Shown piece after piece: positions 34,601 to 43,571 of a DNA stretch of 46,961 bases (position 1 is the first letter of the stretch; the number at the start of each line of letters is the position of its first letter). The stretch spans positions 1 to 46,961 of the IMG/VR virus record IMGVR_UViG_3300028388_002071; one strand, 5' to 3'. A model generated the notes under the pieces. It did no database searches and was not told the origin of the DNA. It saw only the letters and a list, made by a program, of their open reading frames with translations. The position numbers and the translations under genes were made by a program. Origin of the DNA: a virus. Lineage: Duplodnaviria; Caudoviricetes.

Positions 34601-35410
34601 GAGCTCGCCCCTGCCACCTACGCCAACGGTCAGACCGTCTCATGCGGGCGCACTCGCGTCGCGTGGGTGAGGGTGCTGGACGCCGCAGGAGCCGCTATAA
34701 GCGGCGATCTCTACACCCTAGACCGAGCCAACGGCACGATAACGTTCGGCGATCTGACGGGCGTCACGCAGCCCCTGACGGTAAAGCATACAGTCGGCGA
34801 CCTCCGCATGATTACCGACGCTCAGATCAGCGGCCAGTTGACCCTCTCCCGCGCCCTTACGCACGAATACCCCGTCGAGGGCAGCCTCGTTGCCGGGTGC
34901 CTGATCTTTGGCGACCGCCGCGCCCGCGTGAGCGCCACCTGGGACCAGACCAGTTGGGACGGCACCTGGGTCGATTACCAGAAAGGGAGCAACGCCACCG
35001 CGACACTCAACTTGATCGACTTTCCGATCACCGTCACAAACGAGGGCTGCGACACCGACCGCTGGATTCTGCGCTGGACTAGTAGCAGCACCGCGGAACT
35101 CATCAGCGAGAAGCGCGGCCTCGTCTGGTCGGGAAGCTACACCGCCGGCGGGGCCGATATCGCACCAATAAACCCCCGTACCCGCACTCGCCTGGAGGAC
35201 GGCACCTATGTCGGAGGTGAGCCCTACATGGTCATCCCGGGGGCTGCCAATGGTGGCGGCTGGAGCGCCGGCAACGTATTGCGGATCAATACCATCGGCG
35301 CGATAGCGGACTTCTGGCTCGCCCGGGCGATACAGCAGTCCGAGGAACCCCTCGACGAAGGCACTGACTGCGTTGAGCTATACGCGCTAGGCAACATCGA
35401 CCGACCTTAA
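31694..35410 (+). CDS. Large tail/baseplate structural protein
   Basis: 1238 aa beta-rich; repeated G.I.Y.TG motifs; LGIDPVRLPSDGRVPIFR. Confidence 0.8.
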   Translation: MPIQEGNIVFVESQVMDDVPEGGGAATGQVIVDGQMNNVFDDISDLDRAYGRFNLRKLFLAVRAVNTDLYGGAKTVITQLPEDPAVNYTMFTTNDPFDTRNEASEKVEAYLYKGPEWHGVLYGDHIEGMRAISVIQRVGTALPPIGKTLCLVQHENEVGEFVQYVRVTEVEATPTTFAYQVSGDNVVEYQRWVVRMSISDALRHDFTGHAPSPTDNYSFSAKTRIRDTTVADATLYYGSQPLKAPASIGDLSVSAASMFTQLVPSAQTETAMSSQPLASEVVPVVESKAGTYSYTEPSLTLGDGNKLVLRSGVKPGTLSFSVGGYSFDDGYGIGYVVRNGAVNGTIDYTTGEIIFNSLVPQGYSASLSVSYQPAAGAAQQSHQKSFAVTAENRRLNWLDTLSPIPAPRTISVAFMAQGNWYQLTDDGNGSIEGDDASIGAGTISYVTGELALTLGALPDADSELMLTWGSPVHYNTRGEDNRIDARLKIKHDVGEAIAPGTLVLTWISDSATKTATATMHGELVGPPGTSGLVVCSEGTFELEMERPPDPGTKIGIDYEKHVTKTKTFTGVGADGGIANLSIGEAVKPGSLVLRWWTQTTLANGGGQQTQQQSSYGSWSYNRTSSGSTTRRFNHVTTDAGYMTEAGNGVIWDGQNTWGAWGNFALLFANWSGGLINYFTGEITLPVIPPVPQQSSSHEGGSGSSVSYGGSTFSWTGASSKSHEFVSGTVIAEYTADTETSVAVSTEIDIPDLEIRVLPRLVDEMCVPNSLIMTWNGHHYVDRNGTVYRDIDPATGSGIVAGTIDYVAGTVSLSDYVVGGSAPFVNALLTRNGDWMAIEGYFRTQLAPLKPEAVSITVVAADGEQLTGYADADGNITGSSIVGEINYDFGTGRVAFGEYGPDPDYTGDGEAPTIWIPRLVDPGTMRYSAVAYSYLPLDAGILGIDPVRLPSDGRVPIFRDGGVVMVINVQELAPATYANGQTVSCGRTRVAWVRVLDAAGAAISGDLYTLDRANGTITFGDLTGVTQPLTVKHTVGDLRMITDAQISGQLTLSRALTHEYPVEGSLVAGCLIFGDRRARVSATWDQTSWDGTWVDYQKGSNATATLNLIDFPITVTNEGCDTDRWILRWTSSSTAELISEKRGLVWSGSYTAGGADIAPINPRTRTRLEDGTYVGGEPYMVIPGAANGGGWSAGNVLRINTIGAIADFWLARAIQQSEEPLDEGTDCVELYALGNIDRP

Positions 35411-35425
35411 TCCGAGGAACCGACC

Positions 35426-35896
35426 ATGAACGTCAGCACCGCTCACGCCAACGCCGTCATCGACGCTTGCCGCATACCGGCCCTCAACGCGCGGCTCGCC
35501 TTGCTCGCATCAGCCGACGTCAGCCGGAGCACCATCGCCTTCTTCGACGGCACCCAGCCAGCCGACGCCGACACCGCCGAGGGTGCGACCGCCATCGTCA
35601 CGCTCACCATGACCCAGGCCGCCGGCGTCGTGGACGAGGCCAACTTCAAGATCGTCCTCGACACCCCGCTTGAGGAACAGGTCGCCAACGCCGACGCCGT
35701 GAACGGCAGCGTCCCAACCTGGGCGCGCATCTATACCCCGGCCGGCGCCGCCTGGGCCGATCTCTCCGTGACGGTGGAGGGCGACGGCGGTGAAATCCAG
35801 CTGGTGCAGACCGGCACCGACGGGGGCGGCAACCCCGAAGCCCGCCTATTCAACGGCGCCTATGCCCGCATAGCCAGCGCAGAGATTCAGGGGTAA
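35426..35896 (+). CDS. Tail-associated hypothetical protein
   Basis: GAGG RBS; tail context; F.GT.P, P.WARI. Confidence 0.7.
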   Translation: MNVSTAHANAVIDACRIPALNARLALLASADVSRSTIAFFDGTQPADADTAEGATAIVTLTMTQAAGVVDEANFKIVLDTPLEEQVANADAVNGSVPTWARIYTPAGAAWADLSVTVEGDGGEIQLVQTGTDGGGNPEARLFNGAYARIASAEIQG

Positions 35897-35899
35897 GCC

Positions 35900-38842
35900 A
35901 TGTCCGAATACCAGAGCATAATTAAGGCCCGCAATCCGCTCGCCTATTACGGGCTAGATGACCAGGACGAGTTCATATCGTTCGATGTTCTGTGTCTCAA
36001 CTTCGATGGCGAGGCCGGCGACAACGTGTTCGTCGACCAAGCGTCAGGGAAGGGGGCTGCGACCGTTGAGGGTGGTGCCGTCATTTCGACTGCCCAAAAG
36101 AAATTCGGCAACGGCTCCCTCTTGCTAAACGGGGCGAACCAGTTAATCAAGTGGGACAGCCACGCAGATTGGAATATCTCAGGAGACTTCACGCTTGAGG
36201 GGTGGTTCCGCTTAAGCGCGCTTCCTCCAAGCGGGACGTGGGCAACGCTATTCGCGTGGCATAACGCTGTCGCCAACCAAGGCTGGCGATTGATCGTAGG
36301 TGTCGCCGGTCAATTGCACTGGTCAACCGATGCTGGCGGGAATAACGGGTTCTTGGTTAATGCGGGAATAACAACAGGGCAGTGGTATCACATTGCCGTG
36401 ACGAACGAAGGCGGGGTGCTAAAGGCATGGCTCGACGGTGCGCTGATAGCTACCGATAACGGTTGGAGTTTCACGCCCCCGACAAACGAACCTTTCCGTA
36501 TTGGCGCAACCAGCGACGGGGACTGGGAATTTAACGGATTCGTCGATTCGGTGCGCTTGACGAAAGGTGCCGTTCGCTACACCGACAACTTCACCCCGCC
36601 GACCGAACCGTTCAGCACCGCTGAAGATCTCTCCGGTAACGGCCGCCACGCCAATCTCTGGCGTCGCCCGACCGTCGGTCAGAATCCCCTCATTCACGAA
36701 AGCCAGGGTGGTAAGTCATTTCTGTTCGATGGTGTATCCAAGGCCCTCGAAAAATACGACGACGCTTTCAACACGTCGGTCTATTCGGTAGAGGCGTGGA
36801 TAAAGCCGCAGAACTTACCCGCAGGAACAACGCCGCAACTGATAACCGGAGTCGCTGAGGCATTCGGATCATCGAATACGGACAAGCTGTTAATGATCGA
36901 CCAAAACGGCAACCTCAAAGGCTATGTCTATGACGGGGCGCAAAAATGGGTGACGGGTTCGACCGTGCTAAGTACGGGGAACGCATACCACGTTGCGATG
37001 GTCGTCGATGGTTCGACCATGAAGCTATACGTCAACGGTCGCGAAGATGGGAGTTTGGCTGCCAGTGGCTCATTCGTCGGTTATGCCACGCCGGCCCTAT
37101 TGATCGGCGGCAAGACAGCCGGCACCAGTACCACCACGAATCACTTCGACGGGTTTATTGACGAGGTTGCTGTATACGACAGGGCGCTGACCCTGGAGGA
37201 GATTTCAGAAAGCTATGCCTATGGCTACATGGCCGCCGGTTACGCAAGGGCCGTGCACGAAGATCGCCCCGTCGCTTACTGGCGGCTCGGCGAGACGTCT
37301 GGCGTCACGGCGGTAGACGAGACCGGGAATTATGACCTGACCTACGTCAACGGCCCGACCATGGGTCATCCGTCACTGCTGCCGCAGGATAGCGACAAGG
37401 CGGTTTTGTTTAATGGGATCGATCAGTATGCGGTTCGCAATGAGGCCGATTTCCGAGCGGCTGACTCGCAGGGCAGTATTGAGCTCTGGTTTAGCGCCAC
37501 AACGATTTCGGCGAATTCCGCCTTATTTGGATCCGCCGACACCGACTTGCCCTTTTCGAGCATCTATTTCTACCTGTTTGTGACACCGGCTGGTGAAGTC
37601 TACTTGTCGGTGCGGGATGACACAAATAGGAACGAGGTAAAAACCGCCGGCGGTTTTAATGACGGCAACCCGCATCACCTAGTTATTACCTCTGATGGCG
37701 CATCGTGGGAAATATGGATAGATGGCGTGAGCCAGGGGCTAACTGTCAACAATGGGGCCAATAACGGCAACTGGTTTGCAGATATCGACGGTACGCGGGA
37801 GAGCGTATCGGTTGGCGCTTTGGTTAGGGGCGCTGTCGGAGGTCTATTTCAAGGCACCATCGACGAAGTAGCCGTCTACGACTATCCCCTAACCCCCCAG
37901 CAGATAGCCAAGCACTACGCCTGGGGCATGATGACAGGCTACGAACGAGCCGTCCGGGCATCGGCCCCTGTGGCGTATTGGCGGCTGGGGGAAACGACCG
38001 GGCTGACTGCCGAGGACGAAATTGGCAACTACGACCTGACCTATGTCGGCCCGCCGACCCTCGGGGCAGATTCGTTGGTGACGGTGGAGACGGACAAGGC
38101 GGTTACGTTCAACGGGACGGATCAGTATGCAAGTAGATCTGTGGCGAATTTCCGAGGCGGGGATTCGCAAGGCAGCATTGAATTTTGGTTTTCTGTTTTC
38201 GGACTTACGGCGACTCATACGGTGTTCGCTTCTGGCGATTCTGACACCTTATCTTATGTTTCATCCAGATTATTAAGCACAGGCGAAGTAGCTTTAATCC
38301 AGAGGAGCAACGACACGCATGATTATGTAAAGTCAGTTAATACATTCGATGACGGCAATCCGCATCATGCCGTTATAATTTCGAATGGCAGTTCTTGTTC
38401 GATATTTGTAGACGGTGAAGAACAATCGTTAACAATAATAAATGGAGCCAACACCGGCGATTGGTTTGCAGACTCAGCGAATCGAGATATTATACTTATT
38501 GGTGCTGATAGATATAGTTCTACGACAGCCAATTACTTCAACGGCACCATCGACGAAGTAGCCATCTACGACTACGCCCTAAGCGCCGAGGAAGTCGCAG
38601 CCCATTACCGCGCCGCAACCACGGTCTACGAGTTTTCGATTCAGGGGTCGGTAATGACCGCGGCTGGGGTTGCGGCCGATAAAGTCTGCATCTTCGGCTG
38701 GGATAGCTGCACCCTAGCGACGACCGTCATCCCGAACTCAGACGGAAGCTGGGGCGCGATGCTGGACCCCGGGCAATACGGAATAACTTACATCGCCGAA
38801 GGGTGCCAGCCTGTCACACACGGCCCCTATACCGTCGAGTAA
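35900..38842 (+). CDS. Multi-LamG (concanavalin A-like) adhesin / receptor-binding protein
   Basis: Four LamG units with (T/S)(L/V/I)E.W, H+.+, F.G.+D..; PVAYWRLGE repeated. Confidence 0.85.
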   Translation: MSEYQSIIKARNPLAYYGLDDQDEFISFDVLCLNFDGEAGDNVFVDQASGKGAATVEGGAVISTAQKKFGNGSLLLNGANQLIKWDSHADWNISGDFTLEGWFRLSALPPSGTWATLFAWHNAVANQGWRLIVGVAGQLHWSTDAGGNNGFLVNAGITTGQWYHIAVTNEGGVLKAWLDGALIATDNGWSFTPPTNEPFRIGATSDGDWEFNGFVDSVRLTKGAVRYTDNFTPPTEPFSTAEDLSGNGRHANLWRRPTVGQNPLIHESQGGKSFLFDGVSKALEKYDDAFNTSVYSVEAWIKPQNLPAGTTPQLITGVAEAFGSSNTDKLLMIDQNGNLKGYVYDGAQKWVTGSTVLSTGNAYHVAMVVDGSTMKLYVNGREDGSLAASGSFVGYATPALLIGGKTAGTSTTTNHFDGFIDEVAVYDRALTLEEISESYAYGYMAAGYARAVHEDRPVAYWRLGETSGVTAVDETGNYDLTYVNGPTMGHPSLLPQDSDKAVLFNGIDQYAVRNEADFRAADSQGSIELWFSATTISANSALFGSADTDLPFSSIYFYLFVTPAGEVYLSVRDDTNRNEVKTAGGFNDGNPHHLVITSDGASWEIWIDGVSQGLTVNNGANNGNWFADIDGTRESVSVGALVRGAVGGLFQGTIDEVAVYDYPLTPQQIAKHYAWGMMTGYERAVRASAPVAYWRLGETTGLTAEDEIGNYDLTYVGPPTLGADSLVTVETDKAVTFNGTDQYASRSVANFRGGDSQGSIEFWFSVFGLTATHTVFASGDSDTLSYVSSRLLSTGEVALIQRSNDTHDYVKSVNTFDDGNPHHAVIISNGSSCSIFVDGEEQSLTIINGANTGDWFADSANRDIILIGADRYSSTTANYFNGTIDEVAIYDYALSAEEVAAHYRAATTVYEFSIQGSVMTAAGVAADKVCIFGWDSCTLATTVIPNSDGSWGAMLDPGQYGITYIAEGCQPVTHGPYTVE

Positions 38843-38857
38843 AGCCCGGAGGGGCGC

Positions 38858-41554
38858 ATGGCTTGCACTGCCCCCGACTTAGTAACCCCGGTCGTCCTCG
38901 CTACTGGGTACAGCGCCCCGGACCTCGCCGCCCGGGGCGTCATTCTTTCCGACTGCACGAACGCCGCCGGTTGGCTTGACGCGACCGCCGGCCCGATCAT
39001 CACTGCGCCGACCTTCGTCGGCACCGGGGAGATCACCGAGCTAGCCGGCGGCCAGGGCTGGCTCGACGCCAGCATCACCGTCCACGCGAGCGTGACAGCG
39101 CCCGTGCCGGCCGTGGCCGTCAAGCCGATACCCGAAGCCACCCTGGCGGCAGCGGACGCCGTGACGGGCTATGTGACCGCCCCCTCGGCATCGAACGTCA
39201 CCGAGTACATCAACGAAGTCGCCCTGGGCGCCACCCAGGCGGTCGCCGCTTCGATCATCGCCCCGACCGCTACGGTCAGCGGCGATCCCGGGGAGCGCCC
39301 GCAGTACTGGCGACCGAGCCTTGCGCTGCAAGTCACACTCCAGGGCGACTACACCCCGCCGGTGCTGCCCGGGAGCGTCACGCTATGCCTCGCCGACGAT
39401 GTTCGGATTGGCTACCTCGGCGCGACCATCAGCGTGTCGGGTTCGATACCAGCCCCGACAGCCGCCGCCAGCGGCGATGTGCCGGCCACTGCGACCGCGA
39501 CCGCAACCACCGCGGCACCCATAACCCCGCCGACCGCCGAGGCCCGAGAGCGGCCCCCAGGGGCCGGAGCGGAAAGCCTCTACGTCAAGGCGCCCGCCCC
39601 GCCTCACGCGACACCGGCCGGCACCGCCCAGGGCGACCTTGTTCTGCCCGCGCCCCTGGCCGCTACCACCGCGCCGACCATCACGCCGCCGACCGCCCGC
39701 ATCTTCGAGCGGATACTGTGGCTGAACATCAGCGCCCAGACCTCACCCATCATCATCGCCCCGAGCGCCACCGCGAGCGGTGACGTTCTCCCGACGTTCT
39801 ACGCCAGCGTCACCACCGCGCCGCCCGAGCCGATAGCCCCGTCGATGGTGTCAACAGTCACGCTCCAGCAAGACCTCGAACTCGTCAGCGACGAGGGCCC
39901 CGGCTTCAACGTGCCGAGCAATACGTCGATGCAGAAAACGACAAACCGCATGGGCATGTGCATCGACCTCGCCGCGCTCAAGACCCAGACCCGGCTCGGC
40001 GTGTTGTTCACCGCGGCCGACCCGATAACCGTGCCCTCGAAACAGCCCACCGCTGAAATGGTGCGGTTCCGCCGGGAAGCCGAGCTTGACTATCAGGAAG
40101 CCATCAGGGTTCAGACCGGAGCCGAGGCGAACTACGCCGAAATGATCCGCACCCGGCGCAACGTGAGCGTGGACTATCAGGAAGCGATTCGCTTCCGCGG
40201 CTACACCTCCGCGCACTACGCCGAGATGATCCGCCTCCGTCAGCACTTGCTCACCGAGCATGACCGCAAGGCCGAATCCCTGCCCGCCGCGCTCGGCATC
40301 TGCCGCAGCCTACACGGGCAGCCAGTACGCACCCTGCTTCACTGGTGCTACACCGACATGGATGACCCCGCCCCCGGGCGCTGGTGGCCGAAGTACGAAA
40401 CGCCCGGGCTCAACATCATCTTGCCGTGCACGGGCGACTACACCCCGCGCGACACGCGCTGCATGGTCGTTCTCGGCCATGACTACGCCCCGCAGCCCTA
40501 TTGCCCCGAGGCGGGCGACCCGTTACCGACGACCGTCGTCCCCATTCAGGAGATCTATGTCGTGATTAACTCATTTTCGCTAGCCCGCACCTCGGACGGG
40601 ACCGTGCTCTCCGCGACCGACTTTAGCGCAAGCCTCGACTATCAATCATGGGCCTGGAGTTGGTCGGCCCGGATACCCGCTAGCCAGCTTTCACTGATCG
40701 CCGCGCCGAGCTACCAGAACCCCGTCGAGGTCACCGCGACCATCAACGGCACCGCCCTCCGGCTCGTCGTAGAGCAGATTCGCCGTGAGCGCCGATTTGG
40801 CAGCGGCTGGGTGACCATCGGGGGCCGAAGCCCTACCGCGTGGCTCGCGGCCCCCTACGCCGTTGTGGAGGCCCGAAACAACGCCGCGCAACAGTACACC
40901 GCCCAGCAACTCATGAACGAAGTGCTCAAGATCAACGGCGTGAGCATGGGGTGGACCGTGACCTGGGGCCTGGAGGACTGGAACGTCCCGGCCGGCGCCT
41001 GGGCCCACCGCGGAACCTACATCGAAGCCCTTGCCCGCATCGCCGAGGCCGGCGGTGGCTACCTCCAGCCGCACGACACCGCCGACGAGGTGATCGTCCT
41101 TCCCCGGTACGAGTACGGGCCCTGGGATTGGGGGGTGCTCACGCCGAAGTTCGACCTCCCCGACAGCGTGGTCGAGGTCGAGGGCATCGAATGGCGCGAC
41201 GCCGCGCCCTATAACGCGGTCTACATCGTCGGCGGCACCACCGGCGGGCGGAAGGACCGCGTGGTCATCCAGGGGGGCGGCATGGACACTTACGCGCCGA
41301 CGGTCGTCGATCCCCTCGCCACCGACACCATCATGACCCGCCAGCGAGGCCTCGCCGTGCTCGGCGATACCGGCCGGCAGGCGCACGTCACCCTGCGCCT
41401 CCCCGTCCTGGCCGAAACCGACATCATCCGTCCGGGCGACCTTGTGGATTATACCGCCGAGGGGACGAAGTACCGTGGTCTAGTCCGCTCCGTGAACGTC
41501 CAGACCGGGCACCCGGATATTTGGCAAACGATCAAGGTGGAAAGCCATGTCTAA
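38858..41554 (+). CDS. Tail tip/hub protein with Ala/Thr/Pro-rich N-terminal stalk
   Basis: Tail context; DW.VP.G.W, IAEA.GG.+Q, P.YNAVY+.G; 84-bp internal repeat at ~40088-40235. Confidence 0.75.
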   Translation: MACTAPDLVTPVVLATGYSAPDLAARGVILSDCTNAAGWLDATAGPIITAPTFVGTGEITELAGGQGWLDASITVHASVTAPVPAVAVKPIPEATLAAADAVTGYVTAPSASNVTEYINEVALGATQAVAASIIAPTATVSGDPGERPQYWRPSLALQVTLQGDYTPPVLPGSVTLCLADDVRIGYLGATISVSGSIPAPTAAASGDVPATATATATTAAPITPPTAEARERPPGAGAESLYVKAPAPPHATPAGTAQGDLVLPAPLAATTAPTITPPTARIFERILWLNISAQTSPIIIAPSATASGDVLPTFYASVTTAPPEPIAPSMVSTVTLQQDLELVSDEGPGFNVPSNTSMQKTTNRMGMCIDLAALKTQTRLGVLFTAADPITVPSKQPTAEMVRFRREAELDYQEAIRVQTGAEANYAEMIRTRRNVSVDYQEAIRFRGYTSAHYAEMIRLRQHLLTEHDRKAESLPAALGICRSLHGQPVRTLLHWCYTDMDDPAPGRWWPKYETPGLNIILPCTGDYTPRDTRCMVVLGHDYAPQPYCPEAGDPLPTTVVPIQEIYVVINSFSLARTSDGTVLSATDFSASLDYQSWAWSWSARIPASQLSLIAAPSYQNPVEVTATINGTALRLVVEQIRRERRFGSGWVTIGGRSPTAWLAAPYAVVEARNNAAQQYTAQQLMNEVLKINGVSMGWTVTWGLEDWNVPAGAWAHRGTYIEALARIAEAGGGYLQPHDTADEVIVLPRYEYGPWDWGVLTPKFDLPDSVVEVEGIEWRDAAPYNAVYIVGGTTGGRKDRVVIQGGGMDTYAPTVVDPLATDTIMTRQRGLAVLGDTGRQAHVTLRLPVLAETDIIRPGDLVDYTAEGTKYRGLVRSVNVQTGHPDIWQTIKVESHV

Positions 41555-41768
41555 TCCGTACAAGCGCCTCATTAGTCTCATTCCCGGCGATCCCCTCGAC
41601 ACCGGCGAGGTCGTCGCCACCAGCGGCGATGGCGTGACCGTTCAGTTGCTTTCAGGGGAGCACGTCAAGGTCCGCGGGACCGCGAACCTCGGGGAGCACG
41701 TCTACATCAGGGGCGGCGTCATCGAAGGGCCAGCCCCCGATCTTCCGGGGGTGGATATAGGGGTCTAA
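41547..41768 (+). CDS. Small tail-associated protein
   Basis: N.Y.RL..L+P.....G.V......V....G....VRG......V++R.G.I.G.AP.L. Confidence 0.7.
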   Translation: MSNPYKRLISLIPGDPLDTGEVVATSGDGVTVQLLSGEHVKVRGTANLGEHVYIRGGVIEGPAPDLPGVDIGV

Positions 41769-42220
41769 TCGTTCAGATTAGTGGGGTCCGGGTTCTCCGT
41801 CACGCTGACCACCCGGCCGTTCTCGACATAGACATATTGCGTCGGGACGCCCCGACCGTACCGATAGACCCACTGCTCGCGCACCGCCCCGCCGCTGATG
41901 CTGCGGTTGATCCGCGTTGGCGACCCCCAGGCGTCCTCGACGCGCTGCCGGTTCATGCCCGGAGCAACCCGACCCGAGCCAGCCAGCATTCGCTGGTCGA
42001 AGTTATCGACCATCGCCGCGGCCCCCGAGGACAGGGGTCCACCCAGGCCGGTCGGCGAAGTGTCAACCTCTACACGGGCCGCATTGGGGGCGCACCGGGT
42101 CTGTGAGTACGTCACGCGGCCGTCTACCTCGCACCGATAGACACCGGCCGCCCCGGCGCCCGAGGCCGCGAGAGCGGCGCACAAGGCGCCAGTCAGCAGA
42201 GTCAAATTCGCGGTAGTCAT
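41765..42220 (-). CDS. Exported DUF4124-like + SmpA/BamE-like protein
   Basis: Signal peptide, VYRC..DG.V.YSQ..C, GM....V..AWG.P..IN, EQWVY, YVY.ENG.V. Confidence 0.75.
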   Translation of the reverse strand: MTTANLTLLTGALCAALAASGAGAAGVYRCEVDGRVTYSQTRCAPNAARVEVDTSPTGLGGPLSSGAAAMVDNFDQRMLAGSGRVAPGMNRQRVEDAWGSPTRINRSISGGAVREQWVYRYGRGVPTQYVYVENGRVVSVTENPDPTNLND

Positions 42221-42439
42221 TCAGGAAGCAACGCGCAACGAGTATCGCGGGTCGCCCTGGTATTCGGAACGGAACCATTCGACCGCCTTGCGGGATGCCG
42301 AAGCGTAGGTCAAGAGCCGGCCGGCGAAGTAGACATTCATCACCTCGCCGCTACGCATCACTTCAAACGCCCAGTTGCCGCGACCACGGGGAGCCCGGAC
42401 GTGAGCGGCGATGTAGTGGGTGGCGTCGATAATTTTCAT
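42221..42439 (-). CDS. Hypothetical protein
   Basis: GGAG RBS preceded by a hairpin; PRGRG.WAF. Confidence 0.7.
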   Translation of the reverse strand: MKIIDATHYIAAHVRAPRGRGNWAFEVMRSGEVMNVYFAGRLLTYASASRKAVEWFRSEYQGDPRYSLRVAS

Positions 42440-42482
42440 GATGCGTCTCCGGTCGTGGCCCGCACCCCGCGGGCCGTTGAAT

Positions 42483-42526
42483 TAACTATAGGCTAATGCG
42501 ACGTGACATGCAATAGCTCACGGCTA
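42483..42526 (-). promoter_or_regulatory. Leftward sigma70 promoter with two 13-bp operators
   Basis: TTGCAT-17-TATAGT on minus; TAACTATAGGCTA (42483-42495), TAGCTCACGGCTA (42514-42526). Confidence 0.8.
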
Positions 42527-42531
42527 ATTTT

Positions 42532-42948
42532 TTAGCCCGAACGAAGTTCGGCAAGGTGCCGCGCCAGATCCTCCGCGGAGTACAGCACCCCCCAGGGGCT
42601 TCCGCGGAACCGGCGCGCGAGCACCCGGCCGTCACCCGTGAACCGGAGTTCGTAGTGCTTCCAGTGCGCCCGTATCGCCGACCGCTCGTTCTCGCTAGCG
42701 TTCGTCGCCGGCGCCGGCCCGGAGGGGATTTCGTGCCCGTGCTCGACAAGCCACGCGACCCCCGCCTCGGTGGGGTAGATCACCAGCCGGTCCTCGTCGG
42801 GCCCTACACCGTAGTCGGCCCGGGCGAAGCCCTTGGCGTTCAAGAGGCGGAACGTGTCGCTATACTGGATGACCAGAGGACGGGCCCCGGCTGCGACCTG
42901 TACCAGCAGGCCAAGCTGGTCGCGGCGTAGTCGTTTTACGGCAGTCAT
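42532..42948 (-). CDS. Hypothetical protein
   Basis: GAGGAGG RBS, ATGA coupling. Confidence 0.65.
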   Translation of the reverse strand: MTAVKRLRRDQLGLLVQVAAGARPLVIQYSDTFRLLNAKGFARADYGVGPDEDRLVIYPTEAGVAWLVEHGHEIPSGPAPATNASENERSAIRAHWKHYELRFTGDGRVLARRFRGSPWGVLYSAEDLARHLAELRSG

Positions 42949-43193
42949 GTTGCCTCCTCGGACAGATCGATGGTGTCGTTCAATTCGATTTCATAGTGGA
43001 TGGCGCGCGCCGCCAGCCGGTTTGCCTGCGCCCGGAGTCGGCAGAGTTGGGCATGGGCGCCCAGGTCGCGCGCATCGGAGTCGTCCGCGTAATCCTCCTG
43101 GGTGGCGGCTTCGGCGAGCAGGCGCGTCGCTATGCGCTCGGCAAGGAATAGCACCTGCGGGTCGATGTGTGGCGGGGGCGCGCGTTTCATCAT
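42945..43193 (-). CDS. Hypothetical protein
   Basis: AAGGAG RBS preceded by a hairpin. Confidence 0.65.
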   Translation of the reverse strand: MMKRAPPPHIDPQVLFLAERIATRLLAEAATQEDYADDSDARDLGAHAQLCRLRAQANRLAARAIHYEIELNDTIDLSEEAT

Positions 43194-43232
43194 CGGGCTC
43201 CTTGCCCGGGCCGGAGCCCGGGCGGTGGTGGG

Positions 43233-43382
43233 TTAAAGGACGTGCCAGGGACGTTCGCCCCGGACATAGCCCCACGGGAGGCCCCATTCGTACTCCAGCA
43301 CCCCCTCGGGGTCGCGGGGGCGAAAGCCGTGCGCGTCCTTGTAGAGGTCGCTGAAAAGGTTGATGTCGAAGGTGTATGCCAT
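43233..43382 (-). CDS. 49-aa protein (MAYTFDINLFSDLYKDAHGFRPRDPEG...), not in ORF track
   Basis: GGAGAG RBS preceded by a hairpin. Confidence 0.6.
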   Translation of the reverse strand: MAYTFDINLFSDLYKDAHGFRPRDPEGVLEYEWGLPWGYVRGERPWHVL

Positions 43383-43426
43383 CTCGGCTCTCCAGGGGCC
43401 CTGGAGGGCCCCGCAATGGTGGAGGG

Positions 43427-43531
43427 TTAGGTCAAGGCCGCCAGCGCGAGCAGGCCGGGGAGGATAGACGTCACGGCCAGGGCGATGACGACGAAGATCA
43501 TGTATGCGCGGGGGGTGAGGTCAGCGGTCAT
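43427..43531 (-). CDS. 34-aa membrane peptide (MTADLTPRAYMIFVVIALAVTSILPGLLALAALT), not in ORF track
   Basis: GGAG RBS after a cUUCGg hairpin; first gene after the promoter. Confidence 0.6.
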   Translation of the reverse strand: MTADLTPRAYMIFVVIALAVTSILPGLLALAALT

Positions 43532-43571
43532 TTTGTTTCTCCGGTTGTGCCCCGAAGGGCGAGTGCGTTAT

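Noticed and set aside
37240-38600. Diversity-generating retroelement TR/VR pair
   Set aside because: No reverse transcriptase in the genome; both copies are coding and differences are not adenine-specific
40088-40235. 84-bp tandem repeat as a regulatory element
   Set aside because: In-frame protein repeat (DYQEAIR...YAEMIR) within a tail protein
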